A stretch of DNA of 64,000 bases from Antedon mediterranea (taxonomy: Eukaryota; Animalia; Echinodermata), in the NCBI RefSeq assembly GCF_964355755.1, contig NC_092678.1, positions 23,143,365 through 23,207,364 on the forward strand, given 5' to 3'. Shown here piece after piece: positions 23,006 to 36,500 of the stretch (the first letter of the stretch is position 1; the number at the start of each line of letters is the position of its first letter). The translations under genes were made by a program, and so were the position numbers. The notes beneath the pieces were generated by a model. The model worked only from the letters and a program-made list of their open reading frames with translations, had not been told where the DNA came from and made no database searches.

Positions 23006-23789
23006 CTGTAGATATTGGATTTTGCTGTATAATTTAAATTACATCTAATTTATTTATGATTGTTTTATGTTTTAATCTATTTGGTTATACAGAATATTGG
23101 TCATTAGTAGGAGAATATCTTTAAGTTTTTAATATTAAAACACATCTAGAACATACAGTAAATCATTCCATGGATGATTTGGCCTTTTATATAAAGAAGT
23201 CTACATTAGACTATTTATGACAGGTACAAATTCTACATTAAATGAAAAATCCAATACTTGCAGCACATGTTTTACAAATGTAATGTTGTAAAAAAAAACT
23301 ATGCTAGCTAAAATGATTAATGCAGCATTTCTTTGTTGAATCTGAAGCATCCCTGACATGTAAACACTTAAAAACAAACGTTGTATTGTAGGCCTATGTA
23401 AATCAATTCACATGTAGTCTTATAACTACTACATGAGTAATGATACAGAAATAATCATGTTGTCACGTATGGGAGGCCAACTGGCGACGATAAAAATATT
23501 GCTTATTTATTCTGTGTAAGGAGATGGTGATAAAGTGAGGGAGGTTAATTTGGTGGCGGAATAACACATAATAACTGGTCTATATGCTGTATAAATGTAT
23601 CAGATAGTATCTGTAATTGTCAGATGCAGTTCGGGAGGGGAGAAGGAGTAACTACTGTACCAATTCTGTGTACTGTATCGCCACATACGGCATTAAATTT
23701 CAATATCATAGCAAATACTATAGTGTCATATGTATAACATGTGGTGCCTGTATTATGTTAAAGTTGGAATTACAGCTGTCATATGTTAT

Positions 23790-23920
23790 TCTATATCATA
23801 GAAATATCTATGATACTGCATCGTGTTAATGTTAAAAGTTAGGCTTATGGCCTACTGTATGATACAGGCATCACATGTAATACTATGTGAGACTGTATTA
23901 CAGAATCTGCTAACAATACT
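23790..23920. mobile_element. Palindromic MITE family B, diverged copy
   Basis: Shares GTTAAAAG..TATGGCCT..GCATCACATGT..ATACTATGTGA with 53405-53530. Confidence 0.5.
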
Positions 23921-26475
23921 CTAAAAATTAGCCATACAATACAGTAATTGGGAAATTATTAAACATAGCATGTACTACTGTAATTCTGCAGGTAGGCCTA
24001 CTAATAAATAAAGAGTGTATAATTTTATGAGAAAGAAAAAATGAAACTACAAAATGTGATTTCTTGGCAAATCTAATCTGTCAAAAAAAAGTGACTTCAT
24101 TGATAAATTTGATACATAATGACAACAAATTATTAAAAATTGAAAATGTAAACAAAGAAAAAACAGCACTAAGTGAAAAAAAATTGTCTGATTATTTGTA
24201 ATTTAGTTCAATAATCAGATTAAGTCATTTTTATTTATAGATATTTGTAAGTTCTTTCTAAGATATTTATAGGTTCTTTTTAAAACTTTCCAACAAATTA
24301 AAATATAGTTATAAATAACTGCCGTAATGGAATACTTTTTGAAATATTTATAAACGTCATAATATCCAATTGTATTTCATATAAAGTTAAACAAAAATAG
24401 CTTGTAATGAATGGGTTGCCATAGAACGCAATAAAAAGGCGGAAATTGCAACTTTTAAAACATAATTTTAAATGACATATGAGGTCAGTAAAACAATGTG
24501 TAAGTAATGAATAAGTGTTTTGTTTTATTTTTAAAAAGAATCTGACATAGACAAATTCCGAAATGCCAAAAACATTGTAAACACACTAATATTTCATGAA
24601 TATTATAACAAACATTAAAGAGGCCACCTGAAGAAATAATTTGAATGTTGTTGTAGTTGACAAGGTAATTTTAATGTCACAAAATAATTTATTCAAATTT
24701 ATAAAAAGTAAATAAATAAATTGTTACTGATTTTATTTATATATATATATATATGATGCCAGTTTTCAAAACAAATGTCTGTTAATTCTTTTTAATGGAT
24801 AAATAAATATACCGACTATGATTAAAAAAAAAAAAATTCTCCCATTGTCTGGAATGAGCTTCTGATTAAAATTATTTTTTTATAAGCAAAATCAACATTT
24901 TTGTTTGTTCATTTTTTGGCAAAAATGTTCTTTATTTCAACTAAAAAATGGCCTATACAGTGTTTGATTTCATTAATTTTGACGGGATAATAAATATTAG
25001 TTTTTAACTTTTGCAGAATTTGAAAAAAATAATATAAATACAATTAGCTGAGAAGCAAACTATTAAAAATAAAATTTGCGACGCGATTGTTTATTCTGCA
25101 AACATGTCGCCACGTAATTTAAAATATGCTTAGTTACAAATGAGACTAATAACAGTAATTAAGTTTATACTGCATGGAGTTATACAAATAAGTCCATGGT
25201 TTACGTAAATCATTTTGAAAAGTGAAAGGTCTGCAGGGGGCACTTTAATTATGGGTCACAATATTTATGGTTGGTAATTGGATGGAGTATATAAATGAGT
25301 ACCAAAATTAATATAAAATATTTTTTAATTATTATTATTAGATTAATTTGGAAAAGGCAACGAAATTTAAAGTTTGCATGACTTGAATTCAAGAAATGAG
25401 ATTTGTTTAAATGTCAAAATATGATAACTGATTATAACTAAAGTTATATATTTATTTTTCTGCAGGGTAATATAGGTACCTAGGAAACACTTTCTGCAGG
25501 GTGATATTGGTCCCTGCGAGACACTTATTATATAGCTACCCAGGTCGCTTACAGATAAAAGCATCAGCTGAGACCCTCGTTCAAAGATAAAACTAATCAA
25601 CATCCACAGAAGAGCATGCTCTAACATGTGACATTACATAATTGTCACCTGATCCAACAGCCTTTTATCATACAACCCATGAAGACATCAAGTTGACCTT
25701 ATCTAAAGAGCACCTCTCTCTTTCAACGAAAGAATTACTATCCTCAGTCATGTGACATTAACATGGTTTCACGTGGATATAGGTCAATTTGCGGCCACTG
25801 ACAAGTAGTAGTTACTACGACGACGACTCCCCATAGAGGAAAGAAAGAGGTCGACTCAACTTGTTAATTGCTGATAATCAGTGCAATTGCTGATAAAATT
25901 AAAGGTTTTGGGTATCAACGATAGACCATTGAAAACATGCGGGGGTGGGAAATTCTCCAAAAATTAATTTCTTGTTTCGTTTGAAATTAGATCTGTTAAA
26001 ATTCATTATTCATAATATTATAACACAGGCAATTTGTGACACAGTTTCATTGAACTTTCTTGCATCATATATTTTTATGTGTCTGTTCAATATTGTCTCC
26101 TAAATATTTATAGAAATCATAATTAAATAAGATAAATATTAATTGAAAACAATAGTTATTATAATACAATACATGCTAGCACAAAAACGTACAGAGTGGC
26201 AAACATAAGTGAGATATGTGATTTCTTTTCATGTATAATACATACAGTATATTTATTGCTGGTACAAGCCTTTGCTTCGAGGTCTACTATAGTGCGGGTC
26301 CCAGTTATTATTATATATATATATTATAACAAACTTTATAAATGTGTATGAATGAATGACTAGCGTTTAAGAATAATAATACAATCAATTTCTGGAAAAA
26401 ATATATATCATGGCTATTGACTACGACATATCAGAACTATAAACAGAGAACATTAGGCACATTTTACCTATGTAA

Positions 26476-26641
26476 AGCTCTGTCTGCTCAAATACGGTAG
26501 TGATATGCCCAAATATGGTAGTGATATGCCCAAATATGGTAGTGATATGCCCAAATGTGGTAGTGATATGACATCATCATGTACATATATGGGCACATCA
26601 CATTTTTTTGTCACATAAAGTTTGATAGTCTGGCCAGAGCT
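26476..26641. mobile_element. MITE family A copy (TAA TSD, expanded internal 21-mer)
   Basis: TAA|AGCTCTGTCT...CAGAGCT|TAA; about four internal units. Confidence 0.85.
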
Positions 26642-28671
26642 TAAAGAAGGTTAAAGCATAGAGATTTCTTAGGTGAGGCAAAAAAAACCATGTAAATTGA
26701 TGACTCAACTATCCATAAAATATTCAATATTACGTAGCAATCAATACTTGGAATGAAATCTAACACATAAAGGACATAACTACGTTTGTAAGCATTAATT
26801 CCTATTTCCTGATCCAATCCTTGTTTCCTATTACTTCCGGATATACTTCCTTATTTTCATGCTTAAAATTTATCATGATGCAATTTTGATATGAAAATAG
26901 TGCAATATATTGGTATATACAGAAACACTACAATAATTGATAGAGGAAGGGGAAGGGGGTGTTGTGGTTAATGGGGTGTTGTGGTTAATGGGGGTGTTGG
27001 AGGTGAGTGGTACGATTGTAAAAACATGCACATACAGTATTGGTACATTTCAATACAATACTACTAAAAATGTAATATTTCAAGAGAGGGTAAAGTGGAG
27101 AGTGAGGTTAAATTTTAAGTTTTAAAGAAATGTGACCAGACAAAAAAATAAGAACAATTTTTGTTGAAGAGAAAGTGACATGACAATTATTAAGTATCGG
27201 AAGTCAAAATATAAACATTATTTTCTTCATTTTATAAAAGAAAAATAAAAAAATTTGCAGTACATTATGAATATCATATGCTCTGAATTTGTGTATTAAA
27301 ACAATTAATTTATAGTGAACAAATTGAATGGTTCAACATGCAACACTGGGGATTAAGTTGCACAATATGTCTCAGACAAAAAGTGAAAGAAGTATTAATT
27401 GTAAATACAGATAATGCAAATTGATTAAGAAAATGCTGTGGGACTATCAGTTTTACTTTTTAAGTAAGCTTCCCATGAGCCTTTGCGACAGCAATAAAGC
27501 TTTAATCTACGGCAGACGATAAAATAGCAGACGACGAAATGAGTACAACACAGACAAGCTACTGGGCAATGTGTAAGAAATCAATAGATATTTCTTTAGA
27601 TGATCTACAATCACTTGAAATTGATGAACTATTAACTACCAGAAATAATGTTGGGATTTTGCATCAGTTAAAGCAGTTGTTTTGTTTGATAAACAGTGAA
27701 AAGTATAAAATATACGAACAATCAATATTAGCCCATAAAAAACTATTAGAGTACAGTTTCCAATTATTGCGATCGTGGAAATATTCAATTCAATTCAAAG
27801 TAACATTTATTTTCTTCAAAATAAAACAGTCAACAAAATGGCTGTGTTGATTGGAGAAGTGGGCGCCACTTACATACAGTAAGCTTGTGTTTGTAGTATT
27901 AAATCTGTTTCTAGGTTTGGAATATAATTGCAGTTGTCATAATGATAATAACACATCTGGAGGAGGGTCTATGGTACTCTTTTTACAATCATTCTAGGTG
28001 TGGTTTCCCAATATGAAACATTAATTTTTTATTTTATTTTTTCATGAGGGTAGCCCCTCCAGCAAAGCCGATCATTGGGAGCCCTCAACAAATACAAATA
28101 CAAACAGTACAAAAATTATTATAAAAATTCAATAAAAAACTACAATAAAATAAAAATTGTGACAACATTTCCAAATTCCATAAAATTCGATAACTCAAAT
28201 ATTTATACACAAAGGTTGAACATGCTAATGTAATACAATTTTTAAAATATTAGCACAAAAAAAAAGAGACAGGTCAGAAAACTAGTTAAATTTAGGACAT
28301 GGACATCACCCCTTTTCTTTCACAAACCCTATATATGCCCCCTTCTCCTTACAATCAATATAGAAGGGAAACTTGCCTGTAAAGTGGTCGATATTCAGCT
28401 GTTTGATAACTGCTAACGAGCAATTTTAATACAGATGATTATACCTATATAATTCGAAATTACTGGCCAATCTAGGCATTACATTTAATGATGTTGAAAG
28501 TTCAGTTACCTGTTGGCCTGAGAAAGGTCAATGGTACCTAGGAAAGGTCATTGGTCCCTACCCTACAGAAGTCTATACTAAATTACCAATGTAAATGTGA
28601 AAGAAAAAAAATCAATTGAAATTTTTATCATTGAATTGCAGTGGTTTATTGAGATTAGAAACGAAACCTAA

Positions 28672-29486
28672 AGCTCTTTCTACACAATCAAACTAGTTTA
28701 ACTAAATAAATAAGTGTGATGTGCCCAAATATGGTAGTGATATGCTTAATATGGTAGTGATATGACATCATCATGTCCATATATGGGCACATCACATGAG
28801 ATCGTGAATTGGTTATCATTAAAGCAATAAAAGACTACCCTGGGAGTGTGTATACATCACAGATACACACGCGTTTTAATTCTGACAAGCTTTCATCAAT
28901 ATTAACTCCTTTCTGCAATATATATTTGTCTAATATAAGTCTTTCTAATTACTAGTAGATAAATCCCCGTTTTTGTTTTGAATACAATAATCCTCTTTTT
29001 CAAAGAATGATATTAAAATGTTAAACAATACTATTGCAACTAAGGCCAGGAGAAATCATAGCCAAAGCAGTTGGAGAGGAAGGCGATAAAACAACATGCT
29101 TCACCACCTGTGAGAATGTGTTACAGCAGGGCATGACCTAAGCCTAGAGGTATTCTACCAACAACTGTTACTACAACATCAGTACACCAGGTGTCATACC
29201 GGTGACCTAAGGATGAATATTGTAGCTATATTGGTATTCCTAATCCTACATTGGTTTCAGACCCCGTTTCAGACTGGTGACCTAAGCGACTACTGTTACT
29301 ATTGCAGCTATACTGGTATTCCTACATTGGTTTCACACTGGTGAAAGCGACTATTGTAGCTATATTGGTATTTTTACATTGGTTTCACACTGGTGACCTA
29401 AGCATTATGAATATGACACCATCATGTCTATGTATGGGCACATCAAATTTTTTTATTACATAAAGTTTGATAGTGTAGACAGAGCT
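28672..29486. mobile_element. Split/composite MITE family A: left arm 28672-28797 and right arm ~29411-29486 around ~610 bp of unrelated DNA
   Basis: The left TIR and right TIR sit on separate arms, both flanked by TAA; ~35 bp (ATATGACA.CATCATGTC.AT.TATGGGCACATCA) is present in both arms. Confidence 0.65.
29195..29402. repeat. Degenerate tandem repeat (CTGGTGACCTAAG..TATTGTAGCTATATTGGTATTCCTACATTGGTTTCA) x3
   Basis: Visible tandem copies inside the split MITE. Confidence 0.8.
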
Positions 29487-30899
29487 TAATTGATGCCAAG
29501 ACAATGCTGTAACTGTACAGCGTATACCTCAAGCAAATATATTGATAAACCGTTGTTAATTACAGATCGAATCTTCCTAATAAATTTTGCGCCTGACTTT
29601 CTTCCTGGTATTGATTAATCAATTTATGGTTTGGCTAACGACAAACACTTCCATTCAGTTTAAAAAGATATTGTTTAAGTCTCTGTATAGATTGTTCTGT
29701 TGTTTACTACGATACAGATAAATATTATGACGCAAAATATAATGTAATTAATTATTCATTAGGATCAAAGTAAATAACAACTATTCAGGTATTGGTGCCT
29801 TGTGACGTCAGGGTTGAAAATTTGAACTTTAATGTCAGGAAGTCATATGCAAAATTAAATATTCAGGTAAACAAAAAAGTAGGTATTGGTGTTAAGTGAC
29901 GTCTTACTTTGTAAATGACACCACACAGGGTCACAGGTCAAAATTTGAAATTTTTCGAAACAACGTTTAATAACTAAGTTGTAAATTATAATATTCGTTA
30001 ATCAGAGCCAAAACATCACTTAACATTAGGCTCCCATATGTAATAATTATATTTTTTATCTTAATGGAGACGAGACTACTACACATTTTTTTTCAAGTAA
30101 TTTTCAAATGTTTAAGTGTTTTTTTTAAGTTGTAGTTTTCCAGTTCTCAACATATCTTCTTTTGAAAAATATGATCTCCTTATTGCATTATATGATATAT
30201 ATAGTGCCTACAAATAGGATATACAGCCCCAAAGCAATGGTATATTAAATTGGTTTATCTATGAAAATAATAATACAGGTAATATAAATGAATAATGCTA
30301 GCCAGAAGCAATATCTAAAAGATTGTGGCCTTTCTAAATAACATTAGATACACTAGACCTTTTTTGACAGCTATACAAATTATACTTAATAATTAAAAAT
30401 GGGAATAAAGGTACTCACTAAAGAGAAAAAAAAAAAAAGGCCTACATAAGATAATTAAATCATTAAAAAAACAATGAACTTTTTATGAATAACAATGAAA
30501 ATATCTAGCCAAAAGAACGAGGCCAAAATAAACGAACACCATCATAAAAAACAGCTTTAAAATTGTGTCCAATTTGTCTCGTAAGCCACATAATCTGGTC
30601 TGAAATTAGTACTGAATTTGCATCAATAACTTCATTGACAATCAGGTTTAATTACTGTATCTTGCCCTAAAGCAGGCCTGCCAATGAGGCTACACAGTGT
30701 AATGTGTCAGAGGAGGAGTGATTAAAACCAATCAATAAATAGCTTATTTTCTCATCTCAACTAATAATTAATCTAGAATGTAATATACCATTTTTCTTAA
30801 TACCAAAGGTTACTTCTATTACTTTATTATTATTATAATGTGATAATGTTTTTGTGTGGGTGGATAGCCACTTAATGAAAAAAAACAATTTTCGTGGAG

Positions 30900-31345
30900 C
30901 ATTTGCCAGCGACCTGACCTAACCAACAAGGTCAGGATATTGACAAATGAATAGTAAAATATGTCAGTGACCTCATCTATGAAATCAGAATACTGACAAA
31001 TAAATAGTAACATTTGCCAATGACCTGACCAACAAGATAAGGATACTTCACCAGTGACCTGACCTGACATTTGAGATCAGGATACTGACAAATGAATAGT
31101 AACATTTGCCAGTGACCTGGCCTGACCTTTGAGTTCAGGATACGGACAAATGAATAGTAACATTTGCCAGTGACCTGACCTTTGAGATCAGGATACTGAC
31201 AAATGAATATTAACATTTGCCAGTGACTTGACCTCACCTTTGAGATCAGGATACTGACAAATGAATAGTAACCTTTGCCAGTGACCTGACCTGACCTTTG
31301 AGATAAGGATACTGACAAATGAATAGTAACCAGTGACCTGACCTC
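30900..31345. repeat. Minisatellite, ~53-58 bp unit x8, rich in TGACCT
   Basis: CATTTGCCAGTGACCTGACCTGACCTTTGAGATCAGGATACTGACAAATGAATAGTAA is repeated. Confidence 0.92.
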
Positions 31346-32174
31346 ACCTACCACCAGTTCATCTCACCGACAAAAAGACATTCTGTCAGTGAGATGAACC
31401 AGGAGCAGCTACTGTGATCTTAACCTACACAAATCTCTAGTTTGTTGTTTGTTTTCACATAGCACCACAAAGTCTCCACAGCCGGTGTACATGTTACAAC
31501 GCATACTGTCAAATATTTTTATTTTTATATTCAACGATAATAAGATGTGCAACCTCACAAATATAATAACCTTGATTTATTGTATATATCAAATCATTAA
31601 TAACATATGTGTTTGTTCATTTATCTTTAAATAAATTTTTTTTTTCCGTTATAAATGGAAAAAATTAAATTTGTTCATATTTCATTGATAGTTGGCATGC
31701 TTTCTTGATATTTTTCTCTATTTATAAAATGTACTACAATTTCACATACTAATGTATTATAACTTCCCTATATTTCAGGATTATTATGTAGCAACGTCTG
31801 AAAATCACAATATCTTGTGAACCGAGACCAATAATTACTTTATATTTTTCATTTTTTATAAATAACATATATAAATATTCATTAAAATCATTAAAATAAA
31901 GGTATAATTTCATATATAAAGCTATGTATATTTTTAAGTATTTCATATATTTATTCATATTTCCCTTAACATTACTTCAGATACTGTTATTCTATATTAC
32001 TGAATAAATTAAGGTATACTGGGTGTGGTAGAAAAGAAAGGTTCCAACCATAAAGATCAGAAGTGATTGGGTTCGCTCCTGGGGAGAACAGTGTTGATTA
32101 TTCAATCATTTAAAAAAAGATTTTGCAACTATTTTGAAAGGTTTACTGAATGTAGTCAAATGGATGAGCTTACA

Positions 32175-32625
32175 AGATTTCCACCCAGTGTACAGCTTAT
32201 TTTAAGGCCTCTTGCTAAGCCTAATTTCAAAATATTCTATCCAGTCTACAGATTATCCTAAGGCTTTCCGCTAAGCCTAGTTTTAAAGTTTTTCTACCAG
32301 GTTTACAGCTTATTTTAATGCCTTCCGCTAAGCCCAATTTCAATGTTTTCCACCCAGTCTAGAGCTCATTTTAAAGCCATCTGCTAAGCCAAATTTCAAA
32401 GTTTTCCACCCAGTCTAGAGCTCATTTTAAAGCCATCTGCTAAGCCTAATTTTAAAGTTTTCCACCCAGTCTAGAGCTTATTTTAAGGCCTTCAACTATG
32501 CCTAATTTCACAGTTTTCCACCCACTCTAGAGCTGGTTTTAAGGCCATCTGCTAAGCCTAATTTCATAGTTTTCAACCCAGTCTAGCGCATATTTTATGG
32601 CCTTTTGGTAAGCGAAATTTCAACC
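32175..32625. repeat. Minisatellite, ~56 bp unit x8
   Basis: TTTTCCACCCAGTCTAGAGCTCATTTTAAAGCCATCTGCTAAGCCTAATTTCAAAG is repeated. Confidence 0.92.
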
Positions 32626-33541
32626 CATACCCAACAAATGTACTGTAAATTTACTTGATATCCAAAAGTACGATTTTATTTCTTTCCACCCGGTAATATC
32701 TTTATGACACACAATCTTACATTTCTCTAGCTACATCCCTAATTGCACGGTGAATTCAAAGTTGAGTGGATTGGTGTGCAAAGTTGAGTTTAATAAATTC
32801 AAAGACAAATAATGTGCTTCATGTTTCAAAATTCTTGATACACCCCAGCTACCAACCATTTATACTCACTATAAGCAAATTCCATGCAAATTCTTGAATT
32901 TTTCAAAATCTTGTGTAAAATCTGAAATATGTAATGAGCTATAATTAGCATATTACGTCACTACACTGCATCTTAATGGCTACAGTGTAAAGTTGAACTG
33001 ATTCATATGATATGACATTCCAATCACGTTAGCATGCAACAGATGTAATTATATGATTCATTAATTGTTTGTTGCATCCTAAATCATGTACATCACTGAG
33101 TGATGATGTTTTTAGGTCAAGTTTTCAATTTAAGGTTCAATATTTTTAGTTCAGGATTCTATTGTAGTTATGCAGTAACTATATATTTATTCATTTTCCA
33201 CTTTGGTGAGCAAATTGCTTCTTTGGTAAACCTGACATGTGGATTTTTTAACTCTTTCTTATGTTCTTTGTTACGTATTTATTTTGCATTCCCTTGACGA
33301 ATTAATTGAAATAAAAATGCTCAATCTGATAGTGAGGCACTCTCAACATTTTTCCTAATTCCCAACGTTTCATTCTTTGAACTCAGCTTAAATTCAAACA
33401 CGTTTAATAAAAACTTTTTACAACATACATTTTAAATTACGCCAAAAAGTTAAATATAAATATGACTCTAAGCCACATACACAAGTCAGAGAACATGAAA
33501 AAAAACCCAAGAAATTTACAATTACCATTAATTTGCAGCAT

Positions 33542-36500
33542 CTACTCGCCACTTCTGCAACAGGCACGGCACTCTGACTGGAGATTTTGACATCCACTGG
33601 CTGTGTCTTGGTGAGGTCCTCCAAGGATGTTGTCACAATAAAAGAACTGCTCATGATCTAGGTTCTTAGTGGCGTCTGCAAGTTCCGTCAATCCTGAAGC
33701 TGTTACGTTTAAGCATCCAGACAGATCAAGATGATGGAGATAGGGTAGTGGTCCAGATTTTGCAAGAGTTCTAAGAAAATAAACAAATAAAATATATGTT
33801 CTGCTAGAAAAGCTGATAGATTTGATGGAGGAGGGGAGGCTTAGATGGAGAAGAAAGGCTTAGATGGAGAAGGAAGGCTTAGATGGAGGAGGGGAGACTT
33901 AGATGGAGAAGGGAGGCTTAGATGGAGAAGGGGAGGCTTAGATGGTGGAGGGTAGAATTAGATGGAGAAGGCATGTTAGATGGAGGAGGGGAGGCTTAGG
34001 TGGAGGAGGGTAGGCTTAGATGATGAGAAAACCTTCAAGGACTCTCGTACAGCATATTTCAAATACATCATTAATAAATCATTTCAATTAAATGAAATTC
34101 TCCAACATGTTAATCTGGAAGTTTCCTGCAACCATGGTTACAGGAAACATACACCATTAGGCATACAAAATACACACAAACTGAAATCAATTTGAACCTA
34201 ATCAGCAAGGCTGAAGGATGAAGCATTACTAAACACTCTTTATACCGATAATTTCTTCGGCAAATGTATTGTTATTATAAAGGTCAACGAACTTTGCGAC
34301 AGCTGAAGAACTCATAACCGTCATATTCCTAAGCCTCGATAAATATTTTCTCTTTACAGAAAAATATAGCCAAAAGCTCTGTCTACACTATCAAACTTGA
34401 CAAAAAAATGTGATGTGCCTATATGGACATGATGATGTAATAACACTACCATATTTGGGCATATCACTACCATATTTTAGCATATCACTACCATATTTGG
34501 GCACAAACTAGTTTGATAGTGTATACAAAGCTTAACACGTGGGAGTTCCTTTATCTATTACTAAAGTGATCAGTGATATGCCTCATAATATACCTGTATA
34601 TATAGACAATTTCAATTTTCCTCACCTTAGCCCCGCATCTGTGATTTGGTGACAACCGGACAAGTTGAGATGTCTAAATCTTATCGTTTTGTCAATGTCT
34701 GTTTCACTATATTGCACTGTATTCATGGTCATATCATCAAAATGTGATGCCAATTTTTGTTCATTAAGGTTTTCATTTGAAAGATTGTCTGTAGAATTGA
34801 AAGACTCATTTGCACGCTTTACCGATTCATTTGCACACTTCATTGATTCCTCCCATTTTAGGCTTGTTCTTCCGTTGTCCATGCGTCCATCCAGGTATTC
34901 ACCACTACTACATGAGCATTTTGGTACGCCGTTCTTGTCCACGACAACGCTGTGATCTGAGTTGTTTTCATCAGACGGTAAACAGGCTGCTGAAGAGTCT
35001 AACCTTTTTGCGAATGCCTTTGCGAGATACGAGAGGGTGCTGTCTGTAATACGAACACACCCAGCTAAATTGAGATATTCAAGTTTGAAACCCAGTCTGC
35101 TATTACCAAATCTGCAAAAAAGTCAAATTTTTATACAGAATACAGAAATTTATTGGTCCAAAAGGAAATTCGTTTCGTTAACAAGCTCTCAAACAATTAA
35201 TTAAAAATATATAAAAGTCATGAATACAAAAATACAAGATCTTTTAAAAATACGAATAAACATAAAAAAGACAGAAATATAAAAAAATATATCGTAACAT
35301 ATAAAATATATAAAAAAATATATATATATTAGCAGTATAATATACAAATATACAGATTACATACAAATAACATATTCAATCTATCTTTTAATAGTTGCGT
35401 TATATAAATGGCAAGAATTTGGAACAAATGACTTTCGAAGACGATCATGATCTCCTCTTAGTGTTGTAACACATAATATAAATAATTTTAAATTAAATTG
35501 AAAAACTTTTAAGAACATTTTTAAACAATAATTTGTCCTACTAAAAAAATAATTCCATTACCCTCGAAAAGCAACATCTGACACGCGTGTATGTGCGACA
35601 TTTAAAATCTTCAAATTTAGACAATTTGATAACATCTTATAAAGCTGTGAAGTAAAATAAATAATGTCCTTAATAATTAATTGTACTTTATTCATAAATT
35701 ATATATTGTCCTCCTGAAAAAATAAATGTTTTTGTTGAATATACTATTTTAATGTCATATGATAGTTATTCAATTTGACCAATAATTGGATTGAGAAAAA
35801 AAATTATGTACCTGAAAAAAATGAAATTTAAAGCAAAAAATAGTTAAATTGGCTGGATGTCGATGGGTTTTTGGTTGAATGAATACATAATATTATTTTT
35901 TTTTTTCTAAGGAATTTGATTAAAACTGTGAAATGTCTTATTCAAAGTCCTTCTTTATTAATCTTCATTATTCATGTTTTAGGGGGACAATACATCTTTA
36001 AACTATTTTTGGCTTTGTTTCATTAATATTATTCTTTTTTACATAATTATTACCAAAGCACTGGTGATCCCACAGCTATTTTGTAAAACAAGGGTCTCCA
36101 CACTGTTCCCAACAATGGGTAACAAACTTCTAGAGATGGAGCGCAGCATCTTAGACTCTCTTTCAACAGCTAGGATGCGATCTGAAGCGGCTTGACTCTG
36201 ACCCTCATCACTTTCACCTGACTCGTCGTAATCTTTATCCTCATCGAAATACTCGGGATCGTCTTTGCTACATCCGCACGTTTCTTCGTCTTCATCTGGT
36301 GTCTCAAACCGCCAATCACCTACAATAATTATAATCAAATATTATCATAGAAATATATATCTTTATTTTAATAACAATCTCTACAGCAAATACAAGTTAA
36401 CACCCAAAAGTTATGCTGTACTTCTGTGTGAAAATTGTCGATGAAACACTGTGACCTATGACACACTGGACAGGGATGAGAATGATTGCATCTCACTTAT

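Noticed and set aside
30819-31354. 83-aa and 125-aa ORFs
   Set aside because: Translations of a minisatellite; the 71-aa ORF at 33980 likewise starts within a repeat.
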